In this document: positions 18,980 through 29,339 of the stretch, one piece after another
How positions within the stretch are numbered: the stretch's first letter is position 1
How the letters are laid out: each line of letters starts with the position of its first letter
Assembly (NCBI GenBank): GCA_965199495.1
Contig: CBDASK010000003.1
Coordinates: 3,392,001 to 3,456,000 of the forward strand
Direction of reading: 5' to 3'
Source: Abditibacterium sp.
GTDB lineage: Bacteria > Armatimonadota > Abditibacteriia > Abditibacteriales > Abditibacteriaceae
DNA length: 64,000 nt
Notes under the pieces: generated by a model
What the model saw: only the letters and a program-made list of their open reading frames with translations
Told to the model about the DNA's origin: nothing
The model's database searches: none
Translations under genes and position numbers: made by a program

Positions 18980-19960
18980 TCAATCGCCTTCCCACGTCGG
19001 TTTATCGCGCAAAACGTCCCAATAAACCCGGCGCGGCAGAATCGGCCAGACTTTCGCTTTCAACTCCAACTGCGCGGCGATTTCGCGCACGGCGTCGCGA
19101 ATTTCGCTGTCCATGTAGCGCGTCGAAATGTGATACAAAATCACGTTCGGCACGTTCGCTGCTTTGGCCAACTTCAGCGCGTCGGTAATCGTCGAATGGA
19201 CGTGGCCGACATCTTCGCCCGCTTCTTCGGAATCGTAATCGTCGGCGCGCAGAAACGTCGCTTCGTGAACCAATAGTTGTGTGCCCGCGACTTCTTCGAC
19301 CGAAAGCGGCTGACCATCGCCCGAAACCGTCACGATTTTTTCGTCAACCGGCGCGGTAATGCCCAGTGCGCCCAAACGCATTTTGGTCGAGTTGCGCTCT
19401 TTCTCGCTCAAATTGTTGTATTGCGCGTCGGCAATGGCGCGTTCGCCGATTTCCAAGCGAATCGCGTCCAACTCTTTTTGCGGCAAGTTCTGATATTCCG
19501 GCTTGACTTTGTTTTTGCGCCAGATCAGATGAAAACCCAGCGAGCGCGGCGCATTACTCAAGTCGTCGTTGCTGAAATGTTTGGTGCGAAAGCATTGAAT
19601 CAAACGGCCTTCGACGCCGGTTTCGAGCCAGTCGCCTTCTTCCAACGGGCGCCAAATCGCGTTGTGCGAGCTGCCGGGATTGAAACTCAAACTGAACCGC
19701 TCGATTTGATTCCACGATTTGCCCGCCGCCGGATGCGCGATGGCGAACGGCCCGGCTTCGCCGCGCTGGTTGATGACCTGAAACACGCCGCCGATATGAT
19801 CGCGGTGCGCGTGCGTCAGCAAAACCGTGTCGATTTTGCGCAGTTTATAACCTAAATGTTGGCTGACGCCATCGCCCGCATCAATGAGAACTTTCCAATC
19901 GTTAAACCACAGCCACGTCGAGAACCGTGGCGACGAGTGCATCGCCAGTGAGAGTTGCAT
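18980..19960 (-). CDS. rnz: Ribonuclease Z-like metallo-beta-lactamase
   Basis: FSTW, DAGDG, THAHRDHIGG, SGD, HEATF, HST, HISTRY; arm insert KVKPEYQNL. Confidence 0.8.
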   Translation of the reverse strand: MQLSLAMHSSPRFSTWLWFNDWKVLIDAGDGVSQHLGYKLRKIDTVLLTHAHRDHIGGVFQVINQRGEAGPFAIAHPAAGKSWNQIERFSLSFNPGSSHNAIWRPLEEGDWLETGVEGRLIQCFRTKHFSNDDLSNAPRSLGFHLIWRKNKVKPEYQNLPQKELDAIRLEIGERAIADAQYNNLSEKERNSTKMRLGALGITAPVDEKIVTVSGDGQPLSVEEVAGTQLLVHEATFLRADDYDSEEAGEDVGHVHSTITDALKLAKAANVPNVILYHISTRYMDSEIRDAVREIAAQLELKAKVWPILPRRVYWDVLRDKPTWEGD

Positions 19961-20058
19961 ATTACGGAAAAGGATACAAAGATGAGGGCCGCGCTCGGAA
20001 TATTTTGCGAACGCATTTCTCTTGAGATGCTTTATCCTTTATCGTTCAGCCTTTTTTC

Positions 20059-21582
20059 ATGTCTCGCGCTTTTCGTGTTGTCGCCCCATTTTTATTATTG
20101 TTGATGTGCTTTGTCTACGCCGTGCGAACCATCGGCGGCGGCGAAGATTTTTGGGCGCACGCGGCGCTGGGCCGCTGGACTTTGGCGCATCATCAGGTGC
20201 CGATGCGCACGCAATTTCTGTGGAGCGCCGATATTCCGTGGATTTTTCATTCGTGGCTGAGCGGCGTTATTTTCGCCGCAATTCTCGGTAGCGTCGGCAT
20301 CTGGGGCGCCGTGGCTCTTAATGTCGCGATGTCGGCGGCGCCGTTTATTGTGCTTTATAATTGGTGGCGCAATCACAAAACCGTGTCGAGTTTGGGCGTA
20401 ATTTTATTTTCGGTCGCGATATTTTTGGCGGCGGCACGGTTTCGCTTGCGGACGGAAATGTTCACCATGTTCTTCCTGAGCATCGTGGCGACGTTCATTC
20501 TCACGGACAACAAAAAACGCTGGCATTACATCGGAATCGCCGCGATATTCGCGCTGTGGCCCAATTTGCACGGCGCGGTTTTGATGGGTTTGGTAATTTT
20601 ATGGAGCGGAACTCTGGCCGAACTCGCGCAGTTTCGGCGCGCGGCGTTGCCGTTGTTATATTTAGCGCTGGTTTGCACGTTGTGCGTTTTCGCGTTCAAT
20701 CCGTGGCATTTCGGCTACATCAAAGCGTGGGGCGGCCTGGACACGCCTTTGTTTCACGCGGTCAACGAATGGAAACCGTTCTGGGAAAAGCCTTATTTAC
20801 CGGAAATTTTGTGGATCGGCCATATCGCGCTGTGGTGCGTGGCGCTGCTTTTGTGGATCGCCAATCCCAAACGGCGCTGGGCGTGTTTGATCTGGCTGCT
20901 CATCGTGGGCGCGGCGTTTTTGCAGGCGCGCCGCCAGATGTGGCTGGCGGCGATTTTCGATTTGTTGGTGATTTTAGCCAACTCCGATTTGTTGACCGGC
21001 CCGGTTTTGTGGCGCGGTTGGCGCGCGTGGACGACCGGCGAACGCGATGCCGATCCGGCGCCGATGCTGCGCGCCATCGGCAAAAGCGGCGCGGTGGTTT
21101 TGGTTGGCTGTTTTATCGCGCAGGGATTTGTTCAATATTGGCCGCCGCACGTCATTGACAAAACCTATCCGACGAAAATGAGCCAGTATCTGCTAACACC
21201 CGCGATGGCTCAGGGCCGCATCTTCAACGATTACGAGTACTCCGCCGCGCTCGAATGGCTTTTGCATGACAAACGCAAACTCTACGTGGATTTAATCAAC
21301 GCCTATCCGCCGCAATTGTTGTTTGAATATCTCCAAATCGCCGGAGGCACGCCCGATGGTTTAAAGTTGCTCGACCGCCGCAAATTCGACATCGTGGCGT
21401 TGCGCCCGCGCACGCCCAAAGAAGGCATGGCCAACCTCGCCAAATATCTGAATAACAGCGTAGATTGGGCGCAGGTCTACGATGGCGACGATGGCACGGT
21501 GTGGATTCGCGTCAAACGTTTCAACGCGCCTTTGACGCCAATTCCGGTCGGCGATATTGCGCCGATTCCGAAAGATAAATAA
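20059..21582 (+). CDS. Polytopic membrane protein, probable GT-C glycosyltransferase
   Basis: Many hydrophobic segments; DFWAH..LGRW, HSWL, RxR.E, LWPNLHG, EW.P, IFNDY. Confidence 0.65.
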   Translation: MSRAFRVVAPFLLLLMCFVYAVRTIGGGEDFWAHAALGRWTLAHHQVPMRTQFLWSADIPWIFHSWLSGVIFAAILGSVGIWGAVALNVAMSAAPFIVLYNWWRNHKTVSSLGVILFSVAIFLAAARFRLRTEMFTMFFLSIVATFILTDNKKRWHYIGIAAIFALWPNLHGAVLMGLVILWSGTLAELAQFRRAALPLLYLALVCTLCVFAFNPWHFGYIKAWGGLDTPLFHAVNEWKPFWEKPYLPEILWIGHIALWCVALLLWIANPKRRWACLIWLLIVGAAFLQARRQMWLAAIFDLLVILANSDLLTGPVLWRGWRAWTTGERDADPAPMLRAIGKSGAVVLVGCFIAQGFVQYWPPHVIDKTYPTKMSQYLLTPAMAQGRIFNDYEYSAALEWLLHDKRKLYVDLINAYPPQLLFEYLQIAGGTPDGLKLLDRRKFDIVALRPRTPKEGMANLAKYLNNSVDWAQVYDGDDGTVWIRVKRFNAPLTPIPVGDIAPIPKDK

Positions 21583-21727
21583 GCCACAGAGGACGCAGAG
21601 AACGCACGGATGACACAAAGAAGAACAAAGAAATTAAAATGGAAAAGAACTCATTTTTATAGTTTTGCTTTCACGAATCAATCGGTTCGTTCTTCATTTG
21701 TGCCCTTTGTGTGTTCTCCGTGGCTTT
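21581..21727. repeat. Palindromic repeat, family B
   Basis: AAGCCACAGAGGACGCAGAG.../...TGTGTTCTCCGTGGCTT. Confidence 0.75.
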
Positions 21728-22952
21728 ATTTGTCGGCTCCAGCGAGCGGCTCGATTGGAATGTCGCGATAACGGCCCCAATCGGCAATATGCGGCAACAA
21801 CTGAAATTTCGTGATGCCAGTGATTTGTGGCAAAATCGCCGTCGCCTGAGTGCCATCGGCATTAGCGCACCAAATGCGATTGGCGCGCGCTTTGGCTGGA
21901 TCAACGCTGCCGCGAATCCAGTAAATTTGCTTACCTTCGAGCGACCATTGAGGCGAAAAATCGCTTTGTGGGCCGTTGGTTAATCGCGTGATTTTGCGCG
22001 TGGTTAAATCGAAGCCAAACAAATTAACGGCGGGATTTGTCGGCGAAGCCGGGCCAACGAAAAGGAATTTGCGTTGCGTGGGATGCCACGCGAAGTCTCC
22101 GGCCAGAAGGAACTTCTTGTTAGAGTCAACCAAAAGTTCTGCTTTTTTACGGCGTAAATCAAAATGAACAACTCTCGTTATTTCTCTCGAATTCTCATCT
22201 TCATAATCGCCTTTTCGGTAAGTTCCCAAACACACGATGCCTTTGCCATCCGGCGAAAGAGCGGGCGCGCTGAACTGATACATTTGGCGCAAAACGTTAT
22301 CAGCCTTTAGCTTCAATTTGTCTATAAATTGTCGTCCGTCGAAAATACGTTTACGCGTTGCAACGTCCCAAACCGCGACCCAAGAACCGCAAGGATCATA
22401 CATCAATTGCGGAACTTGGCCTTCGATTACAACCAGTTTGCGCCCGCTCGCATCGAAACTCGCTTCGGAAAAATCAGGTCGGTCGTGTGGAGCAACTTTT
22501 TGTGCTCCGTAAGCTGCCAACAGAACTTTCTGTTTCTGCTTGTAACTGGCCGTGAATATATAACTCCGAATCGCGCCCGCGTCGAAGAAATCAACATCGC
22601 TGGGCTTTGCGGCAAAAACTAAGCTTTTCCCATCTGACGAAAAATTCCAATTTTGTTGATTATCCAAACCGTAATCGGATGTAACGCATTTTTGACGCAA
22701 AATCGCCGAGGCATCGCCACGAAGGGAAACTGCCTCCAAACGTTGACCGCGTTGAAAAACCATCGTCGCACCCACAATCGGTTTTGTCGAGTAAATCGGA
22801 GGCGGAGTATCCGCCACTTTTTCAACTAAAGTTGCCTGATTTGATGCGGTCACTTCTGCAATTGTTGGCAGATTTATGTTTCTTCTGGGTGACCTACAAC
22901 CGCTGAGAAGAACGCTGCAAACGAATATTAAATTGGTAATATGAAATTTCAT
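21726..22952 (-). CDS. Putative lipoprotein with TolB/PD40-like beta-propeller repeats
   Basis: Lipobox LLSGC; repeats FSSDGK, LSPDGK, RLTNGPQSDFSPQWS; more AT-rich than its neighbours. Confidence 0.75.
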   Translation of the reverse strand: MKFHITNLIFVCSVLLSGCRSPRRNINLPTIAEVTASNQATLVEKVADTPPPIYSTKPIVGATMVFQRGQRLEAVSLRGDASAILRQKCVTSDYGLDNQQNWNFSSDGKSLVFAAKPSDVDFFDAGAIRSYIFTASYKQKQKVLLAAYGAQKVAPHDRPDFSEASFDASGRKLVVIEGQVPQLMYDPCGSWVAVWDVATRKRIFDGRQFIDKLKLKADNVLRQMYQFSAPALSPDGKGIVCLGTYRKGDYEDENSREITRVVHFDLRRKKAELLVDSNKKFLLAGDFAWHPTQRKFLFVGPASPTNPAVNLFGFDLTTRKITRLTNGPQSDFSPQWSLEGKQIYWIRGSVDPAKARANRIWCANADGTQATAILPQITGITKFQLLPHIADWGRYRDIPIEPLAGADK

Positions 22953-23064
22953 ATTCAGAAGAATAGCACGCCCGACAAAACGACGCAAGCGATATTGTTT
23001 TTAATTTTGCAGCAGTTCCGATTTTCTCGGCTTGCTTTTGGTCAAATCATGCAAACTTAGCTGT

Positions 23065-25143
23065 ATGTCTCGAACAGGAAAATTCAATATGAAAGCGCCG
23101 TTTGCGCCCAAGGGCGATCAGCCGGACGCCATTAAACAATTGGTCGCGGGCGCGCGCGACGGTCTGGCTCATCAGGTTTTGCTGGGAGCCACGGGCACCG
23201 GCAAGACCTTTACTGCCGCGAAAGTAATTCAAGAATTGCAACGTCCGGCGTTATTGATCGCGCATAACAAAACGCTGGCGGCGCAGTTGTGCCAGGAGTT
23301 GCGCGAGTTTTTCCCCGATAACGCCGTCGAATACTTCGTCTCGTATTACGATTATTATCAGCCCGAAGCGTATGTGCCACATTCGGATACTTTTATCGAA
23401 AAGGAAAGCTCGCGCAACGACGAAATTGATCGGTTGCGCCACTCGTCTACGCAATCTTTAACTTCGCGGCGCGATGTCATTGTCGTTTCCTCGGTCAGTT
23501 GCATTTACGGTTTGGGCACTCCCGAATTGTATAAAAATGCCTCGCTCGATTTGCGCGTCGGCGATACGGTTGACCGGCGTGGCGTTTTGGAACGCTTGAT
23601 TTCGATGCAGTTCGCGCGCAACGACATCAACCTCGTGCGCGGCACTTTTCGCGTGCGCGGCGACGTTTTGGAAATTCACCCGCGCGATAGCGATAACGTG
23701 GTGCGCGTGGATACTTTTGGCGACGAAATCGAGAGCATTCAACTGGTCAATGCGCTGACGCAAAACGTGGTCGAGAACCGCAAATTCACCACGATTTTCC
23801 CCGCCACTCACTTTATCGCCGACGAGAATCGCATGGAAGGCGCTTTAATCCAAATCGAACACGATTTGGATGTGCAGAGCGCGCACTTAGAGAGTCAGGG
23901 CAAAATGCTCGAAGCGCAGCGATTGCGCCAGCGCGTGCGTTACGACATGGAAATGATGCGCGAAGTCGGTTATTGCAACGGCATCGAAAACTATTCGCGC
24001 TATCTCGACGGACGCGTGCCGGGCGACCCGCCTTATACGTTGATTGACTATTTCGCCGACGATTTTCTGTTGATGATTGATGAAAGTCACCAGACGATTC
24101 CGCAAATTCGCGCGATGTATAACGGCGACCGCGCGCGCAAAGAGACTTTGGTGGATTACGGGTTTCGTTTGCCTTCGGCGTTCGATAATCGCCCGCTCAA
24201 GTTCGAGGAGTTTGAAGAACGGATGCCGCAGACGACCTACATCACAGCCACGCCGGGGCCGTATGAGTTGGAGCATATCGGTTTGGAGCGCATCAAAGAC
24301 GAAAGCGGCAACGCCGTCACCAACAAAGGCTCGGCACTGGGCAGTTTCGTGATGCCGCCCGAAGGTTTCATGGGTTTGGCGCAACAGATCATTCGCCCAA
24401 CCGGACTTTTAGATCCCGAAATTTTCGTGCGCCCGTCGCGCGGCCAAATTGACGATTTGCTGGGCGAAATTCGCGCGCGCACCGCCAAAGGCCAACGCGT
24501 TTTGGCGACGACGCTCACAAAACGAATGGCTGAAGATTTGACCGATTTTTTGAAAGAAATTGATGTCAAAGTCAATTATCTGCACTCGGACGTTTCGACG
24601 ATGGAGCGCAGCCAGATTTTGCGCGAACTGCGGCAGGGCAAATACGATGTCGTCGTCGGCATCAACTTGCTCCGCGAAGGTTTGGATTTGCCCGAAGTTT
24701 CTTTAGTCGCGATTTTGGACGCCGATAAAGAAGGCTTTTTGCGCAGCGAAACTTCGTTAATTCAGACGATTGGCCGCGCGGCGCGCCACGTCAACGGCCA
24801 GGTGATTATGTATGCCGACCGCGTCACCGGCTCGATGGAGCGCGCGATGGCCGAAACCACGAGACGCCGCAAGTTGCAAATGGCTTATAACGAGGCCAAC
24901 GGCATCACGCCCCAAGGCATTCAAAAAGCGATTCGCGAGGATTTGATCACCGAATTGTTGGCCGATGTTCAGGCCGAAATGCAACCGGGCAAATTGACGA
25001 AAAAGCCGAAAATGGAAGATTTGCCCAAAATGCTGGAAGATTTGGAAGCCGAAATGAAATCAGCGGCGGGCGCCCTCGATTTCGAGCGCGCCGCGCAATT
25101 GCGGGACGAACTGTTGACGCTGCGCGAATTGGCGAAAGGATAG
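23065..25143 (+). CDS. uvrB: Excinuclease ABC subunit B
   Basis: [52 protein letters not shown]-terminal UVR domain FERAAQLRD. Confidence 0.98.
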   Translation: MSRTGKFNMKAPFAPKGDQPDAIKQLVAGARDGLAHQVLLGATGTGKTFTAAKVIQELQRPALLIAHNKTLAAQLCQELREFFPDNAVEYFVSYYDYYQPEAYVPHSDTFIEKESSRNDEIDRLRHSSTQSLTSRRDVIVVSSVSCIYGLGTPELYKNASLDLRVGDTVDRRGVLERLISMQFARNDINLVRGTFRVRGDVLEIHPRDSDNVVRVDTFGDEIESIQLVNALTQNVVENRKFTTIFPATHFIADENRMEGALIQIEHDLDVQSAHLESQGKMLEAQRLRQRVRYDMEMMREVGYCNGIENYSRYLDGRVPGDPPYTLIDYFADDFLLMIDESHQTIPQIRAMYNGDRARKETLVDYGFRLPSAFDNRPLKFEEFEERMPQTTYITATPGPYELEHIGLERIKDESGNAVTNKGSALGSFVMPPEGFMGLAQQIIRPTGLLDPEIFVRPSRGQIDDLLGEIRARTAKGQRVLATTLTKRMAEDLTDFLKEIDVKVNYLHSDVSTMERSQILRELRQGKYDVVVGINLLREGLDLPEVSLVAILDADKEGFLRSETSLIQTIGRAARHVNGQVIMYADRVTGSMERAMAETTRRRKLQMAYNEANGITPQGIQKAIREDLITELLADVQAEMQPGKLTKKPKMEDLPKMLEDLEAEMKSAAGALDFERAAQLRDELLTLRELAKG

Positions 25144-25265
25144 TTTTGGTGGCGAAGATTCGCTGTATAACGCCCACAGAAGATGAACCCAACGCCGAAT
25201 TGGTTATAATTTCTGGGGCGCCGGGGCAAATTTCGCGCGCGAAATTTGGCCACGCTCCTTTTGTT

Positions 25266-26036
25266 ATGCCTCTTGCAATTCTCGTTTTAGCCGCCGGAAA
25301 AGGCACTCGCATGGAAAGCGATCTGCCCAAGGTTCTGCACCCATTGTGCGGAAAACCTCTGCTCGCTCACGTTCTTGATGCCGCCAACCAACTGGCGCCT
25401 GACCGATTAATTTGTATCGTCGGCCATCGCGCCGATCTGGTTGAAGCGCAAATTCAACCCGATTATCCCAACGTCGAATTCGTCAATCAAGGCGAGATGC
25501 TCGGCACCGGCCACGCCGTCTTGCAAGCGCAGGACGCGCTCAAAGATTTTAGCGGCGACATCATCGTGACCTGTGGCGACGCGCCGCTTTTGACCGCCGC
25601 CACGCTCGACGATTTGCGCAAAAAACGCGCGCAACATCAAGCCGCCGCCGCGATGCTGGTCGGGCGCGTGGACGAGCCAGGTTCCTATGGCCGCGTCGTG
25701 ATGAACGAGCAAGGTTTGGTCTCCGAAATCGTCGAGGCCAAAGACGCGTCGTCCGAAGTTCTGGCGCTTCCAACTGTGAACGCGGGCACCTATTGTTTTG
25801 CGTCGAACGATTTGTGGAATACGCTTGCGCGCGTCGGCAACGACAATAAATCGGGCGAATATTATTTGACCGATGTTGTCGGATTGTTGCGCGAGGCTGG
25901 CAAAGATGTCGTCGGCGAACTGATTTCAGAGCGCGAAATGACCGGCGTCAACACCAAAGCGCAACTCGCCGAACTCGAAGCGCAACTCAACAACGAGGCG
26001 CGTTTAATGGCGCAGAGCGAAGCTCAACCTTCGTAG
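25266..26036 (+). CDS. GlmU-like nucleotidyltransferase (uridylyltransferase domain only)
   Basis: LAAGKGTRM, LGTGHAV, YGRV, IVEAKD, EYYLTD, GVN; ends before any hexapeptide acetyltransferase domain; sits upstream of prs. Confidence 0.9.
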   Translation: MPLAILVLAAGKGTRMESDLPKVLHPLCGKPLLAHVLDAANQLAPDRLICIVGHRADLVEAQIQPDYPNVEFVNQGEMLGTGHAVLQAQDALKDFSGDIIVTCGDAPLLTAATLDDLRKKRAQHQAAAAMLVGRVDEPGSYGRVVMNEQGLVSEIVEAKDASSEVLALPTVNAGTYCFASNDLWNTLARVGNDNKSGEYYLTDVVGLLREAGKDVVGELISEREMTGVNTKAQLAELEAQLNNEARLMAQSEAQPS

Positions 26037-26045
26037 GGGATTTTT

Positions 26046-27068
26046 ATGAGCGATAAAAAAGAAACCGCCGCCGATTTGAAGGTCAATCAGATTCAGGAGC
26101 ACATCTTGGATCTCGACCCCAACAACATCAAGATATTTTCGGGCAACGCCAATCCCAAGCTCGCGCGCGACGTGGCTGCATTGCTGGGCCAACCGCTGGG
26201 CGAAATGATTATTACGCGCTTTTCCGATGGCGAGTTGCGCTGCGCCATCAACGAAAGCATTCGGGGCGCCGACGTTTTCATCATTCAGCCGACGTGCGCG
26301 CCGGTCAACGAAACCGTGATGGAACTGCTGATTTTGTGCGACGCCTTCAAGCGCGCGTCCGCCGCGCGCATCGTGCCGATTATTCCTTATTTCGGTTATG
26401 CGCGTCAGGACAAAAAGGTGCGCCCGCGCGAGCCGATTACCGCCAAACTCGTCGCCGACATGATTCAGCACGCCGGGGCCGACCGCATTTTCGCGATTGA
26501 CCTGCACGCCGGACAGATTCAGGGTTTCTTCGATATTCCCGTTGACCATTTGTATGGCCAGCCCTTGTTGGCCGAATATTTCAAGAGCAAAGGCATTTAC
26601 GGCAAAAACGTGACAGTCGTTTCGCCCGACGTTGGCGGCGTCGAGCGCGCCACGATTTTGGCCGAACGTCTGGGCGCTGAACTCGCCATTGTCGCCAAAC
26701 GCCGCCCCGAACCGGGCAAAGTCAAAGTCATCGAAGTCATCGGCGAAATTGAAGGCCGCGTCTGCGTTTTGATTGACGACATGATCGATTCGGGCGGCAC
26801 TTTCGTGGCGGCGGCGCACGAACTTTCGCTGCGCGGCGCCAAAGAAATTTACGGCGCCGCCACGCACGCGGTTTTGAGCGGCGAAGCGATTCACCGCATC
26901 CAAAATTCCGAAATTCAGGAATTAGTTGTCACCGACACGATTCCGATTGCGCCCGAACGCATGATCCGCAAAATCACGCAACTGTCGGTCGCCAAAGTCT
27001 GCGCCGAAGCGATTGTCCGCATTCATCAGAACGATTCGGTTTCGGGCATGTTCAGCGCGATGTGGTAA
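26046..27068 (+). CDS. prs: Ribose-phosphate pyrophosphokinase
   Basis: FSDGE, PYFGYARQD, DLHAGQIQGFF, VSPDVGG, DDMIDSGGT. Confidence 0.98.
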   Translation: MSDKKETAADLKVNQIQEHILDLDPNNIKIFSGNANPKLARDVAALLGQPLGEMIITRFSDGELRCAINESIRGADVFIIQPTCAPVNETVMELLILCDAFKRASAARIVPIIPYFGYARQDKKVRPREPITAKLVADMIQHAGADRIFAIDLHAGQIQGFFDIPVDHLYGQPLLAEYFKSKGIYGKNVTVVSPDVGGVERATILAERLGAELAIVAKRRPEPGKVKVIEVIGEIEGRVCVLIDDMIDSGGTFVAAAHELSLRGAKEIYGAATHAVLSGEAIHRIQNSEIQELVVTDTIPIAPERMIRKITQLSVAKVCAEAIVRIHQNDSVSGMFSAMW

Positions 27069-27078
27069 GGCTTGAAAG

Positions 27079-27227
27079 TTAGCCACAGAGTTCACAGAGA
27101 ACGCACAGAGAGACACAGAAAAGAACAAAGAAAACAAAAATCATCAGAGAATGCTATCTTCAAAAATTTAATTTCTTTGTTCTTTTCTGTGTCTCTCTGT
27201 GCGTTCTCTGTGAACTCTGTGGCTAAA
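27079..27227. repeat. Palindromic repeat, family B
   Basis: TTAGCCACAGAGTTCACAGAGAACGCACAGAG... and its reverse complement. Confidence 0.9.
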
Positions 27228-27315
27228 AATGAAACCGAGGGCGCGGCGATTATGATAAAATATTCCGTTTGGAAGTCCGCAGACCTTTTGAAGTGTGTGA
27301 CCTCTCAGTAATATC

Positions 27316-28020
27316 ATGGCACAATACGAATTGAACGTGCAGAGCCGCACGGAAACTGGCAAGGGCGCCGCGCGCCAATTGCGAATGAAGAATCAACTGC
27401 CCGCCGTCCTTTACGGGCATCACCAAGACCCGATCAAATTTTCGGTTGACCGCAAAGAAATCACCGACCTGGTGCATCATCATGGCACCAACTCGCTTTT
27501 GGTTTTGACGGGCGCTGGCAACGGCGAAACCGCGTTCATCAAAATGCTGCAAAAGCACTGGGTGCGCAACGAAATTCAGACCGTGGATTTCATTCGCGTT
27601 TCGCGCAACGAGCAAATCACTGTCAAAGTCCCCGTCGTTTTGACGGGCGAAACCGTCGAAATGGCGAGCGGCGAAGGCGTTTTGATGCAGGCGATTCACG
27701 AACTCGAACTGACCACGACTCCGGCCAACGTGCCCGATTCGATTGAAGTGGACATTTCGCACCTCGAACTGGGCGGCGCCGCGATGAACGTCGGCGACAT
27801 CACCACGATTCCCGAAGGCGTCACGCTCGTCACCGACCCAGAAGAGACTTTGGCGGCGGTCAACTTGCCCGCGATGGAAGTCGAGGAAGATGAAGTCGAA
27901 GAGGGCGAAGGCGAGGAACTCGAAACCGGCGATGTCAACGCGACCGAAGAACAGTCCGGTCAGGGCGGCGCCAGCGACGATAACAGCAGCGACAATAGTG
28001 GCAGCACCAATCCCGAATAA
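27316..28020 (+). CDS. rplY: 50S ribosomal protein L25/Ctc
   Basis: GKGAARQLR, PAVLYG, VDF, VPVVLTG, IEVDIS; acidic tail; follows prs. Confidence 0.95.
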   Translation: MAQYELNVQSRTETGKGAARQLRMKNQLPAVLYGHHQDPIKFSVDRKEITDLVHHHGTNSLLVLTGAGNGETAFIKMLQKHWVRNEIQTVDFIRVSRNEQITVKVPVVLTGETVEMASGEGVLMQAIHELELTTTPANVPDSIEVDISHLELGGAAMNVGDITTIPEGVTLVTDPEETLAAVNLPAMEVEEDEVEEGEGEELETGDVNATEEQSGQGGASDDNSSDNSGSTNPE

Positions 28021-28036
28021 TTGCATTCGACCCAAC

Positions 28037-28070
28037 AAAAATCCCCCGCGAATTTCGCGGGGGATTTTTT
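28037..28070 (+). terminator. Intrinsic terminator
   Basis: AAAAATCCCCCGCG-AATTT-CGCGGGGGATTTTTT. Confidence 0.85.
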
Positions 28071-28101
28071 GTGTTTTTGATTGCGCGTTTGTTCCGCTTT
28101 T

Positions 28102-28232
28102 CTGTCATTCTGAGCGCAGAGAGGCACGAACGGAGTCGAAGAATCCACAAATGGCGTTTACAATTCGCTTTAACTTCGTCCAGAGTTATGGATTCTTCGA
28201 TTCCGTTCGTGCCTCTCTGCGCACCCATGACA
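28102..28232. repeat. Palindromic repeat, family C
   Basis: TGTCATTCTGAGCGCAGAGAGGCACGAACGGAGTCGAAGAATCCA and its inverted partner. Confidence 0.85.
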
Positions 28233-28330
28233 ATTGAGCGGCATTGGTCAATATCGCGTTTCATCATCGCACACTCCATTGCGCAAATCGGGGCCGCTCG
28301 CAAGCAGCCACGGGCATAGACTGCGACGCC

Positions 28331-29338
28331 GTGACTCTTACTCCCGAAACCGGCGCGGCGTTTGTGGCGGCGCTGACCGCGACGCTCAAAATTTTCCTGA
28401 TGGGCGCGGCGGGATTTTTGTTGGTCTGGCGCGGTCTGCTTTCGCCCAAAGGCGTGGGCGGCGTGGCTGCTCTGACCGCCAACCTCGCTTTGCCATGTTT
28501 GATAATCCAACAATTCGCCGCGCAATTCGATCCGGTGAAATTTTCCAATTGGTGGGTCTGGGCGCTGGCGGGCAGCGCGATGCAATCCGTGCAACTCGGA
28601 TTGAGCTGGTTGCTTTCGCGCCGAGTAAAACCCGAACAGGGCCGCGACGAAATGACGATGCTGCTGGGGTTTCAAAACGCCGGGTTTTTCGTGTTGCCGA
28701 TGCTGCAAAGTCTGCTGCTGACTGCCGAGTTCAATCGCGCGGCGATTTTATTGTTCGTTTACATCATCTTTTTCAACGCGACTTTGTGGCCCGCAGGTAA
28801 CCGAGTTCTGCTCAAAACCAACGCTTTCGATTGGAAAAGCGTTGTGCTGGCGCCGCCGACGTTTTGGACGATTATCGCGCTCGTGCTTTTCGGCTTGTTG
28901 CACAATCAAACGCTGGCTCTACGCGAAACGCTGATTTGGCATTCGCTACTCGGCGATGGAGCCACGCCGGGCGCGGTCACGCTGATTGGCAACGCGACGA
29001 TTCCGCTCGCGACGATTGTTTTGGGCGCGACGGTCGCGCAAACCGTGCGCGCGGGCGACTTCAATAATCCGCGAAAAGCCATCGAAATCTCGTTTTGGAA
29101 GTTGGCCATTTGGCCTCTTCTCGGATTGGCGATCATCAAATTTTGGCCCGGCCCTTTGTTCGATGACCGCGTGTATCGGTTGCTGATTATGCTGGAATTT
29201 AGCGCGCCGACTTCGACGACCGTGGCCGTGTTTTGCCAACAACACAATTATCCAATGAAGCTCACGCCCGCCGTGTCTCTGGCGTGCTACGCGCTCTGCG
29301 TCATCACGATTCCTTTCTGGATCGCGTTGGTTTTGTAA
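28331..29338 (+). CDS. AEC (auxin efflux carrier) family transporter
   Basis: LALPCLI, FQNAGFFVLP, GNATIPLATIVLG, APT; about 10 hydrophobic segments; GTG start uncertain. Confidence 0.85.
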   Translation: MTLTPETGAAFVAALTATLKIFLMGAAGFLLVWRGLLSPKGVGGVAALTANLALPCLIIQQFAAQFDPVKFSNWWVWALAGSAMQSVQLGLSWLLSRRVKPEQGRDEMTMLLGFQNAGFFVLPMLQSLLLTAEFNRAAILLFVYIIFFNATLWPAGNRVLLKTNAFDWKSVVLAPPTFWTIIALVLFGLLHNQTLALRETLIWHSLLGDGATPGAVTLIGNATIPLATIVLGATVAQTVRAGDFNNPRKAIEISFWKLAIWPLLGLAIIKFWPGPLFDDRVYRLLIMLEFSAPTSTTVAVFCQQHNYPMKLTPAVSLACYALCVITIPFWIALVL

Positions 29339-29339
29339 C

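Noticed and set aside
26004..28038. Long antisense ORFs (26004-26903, 27250-28038) and similar ones elsewhere
   Set aside because: Shadow frames of well-supported genes in GC-rich DNA; no recognisable motifs
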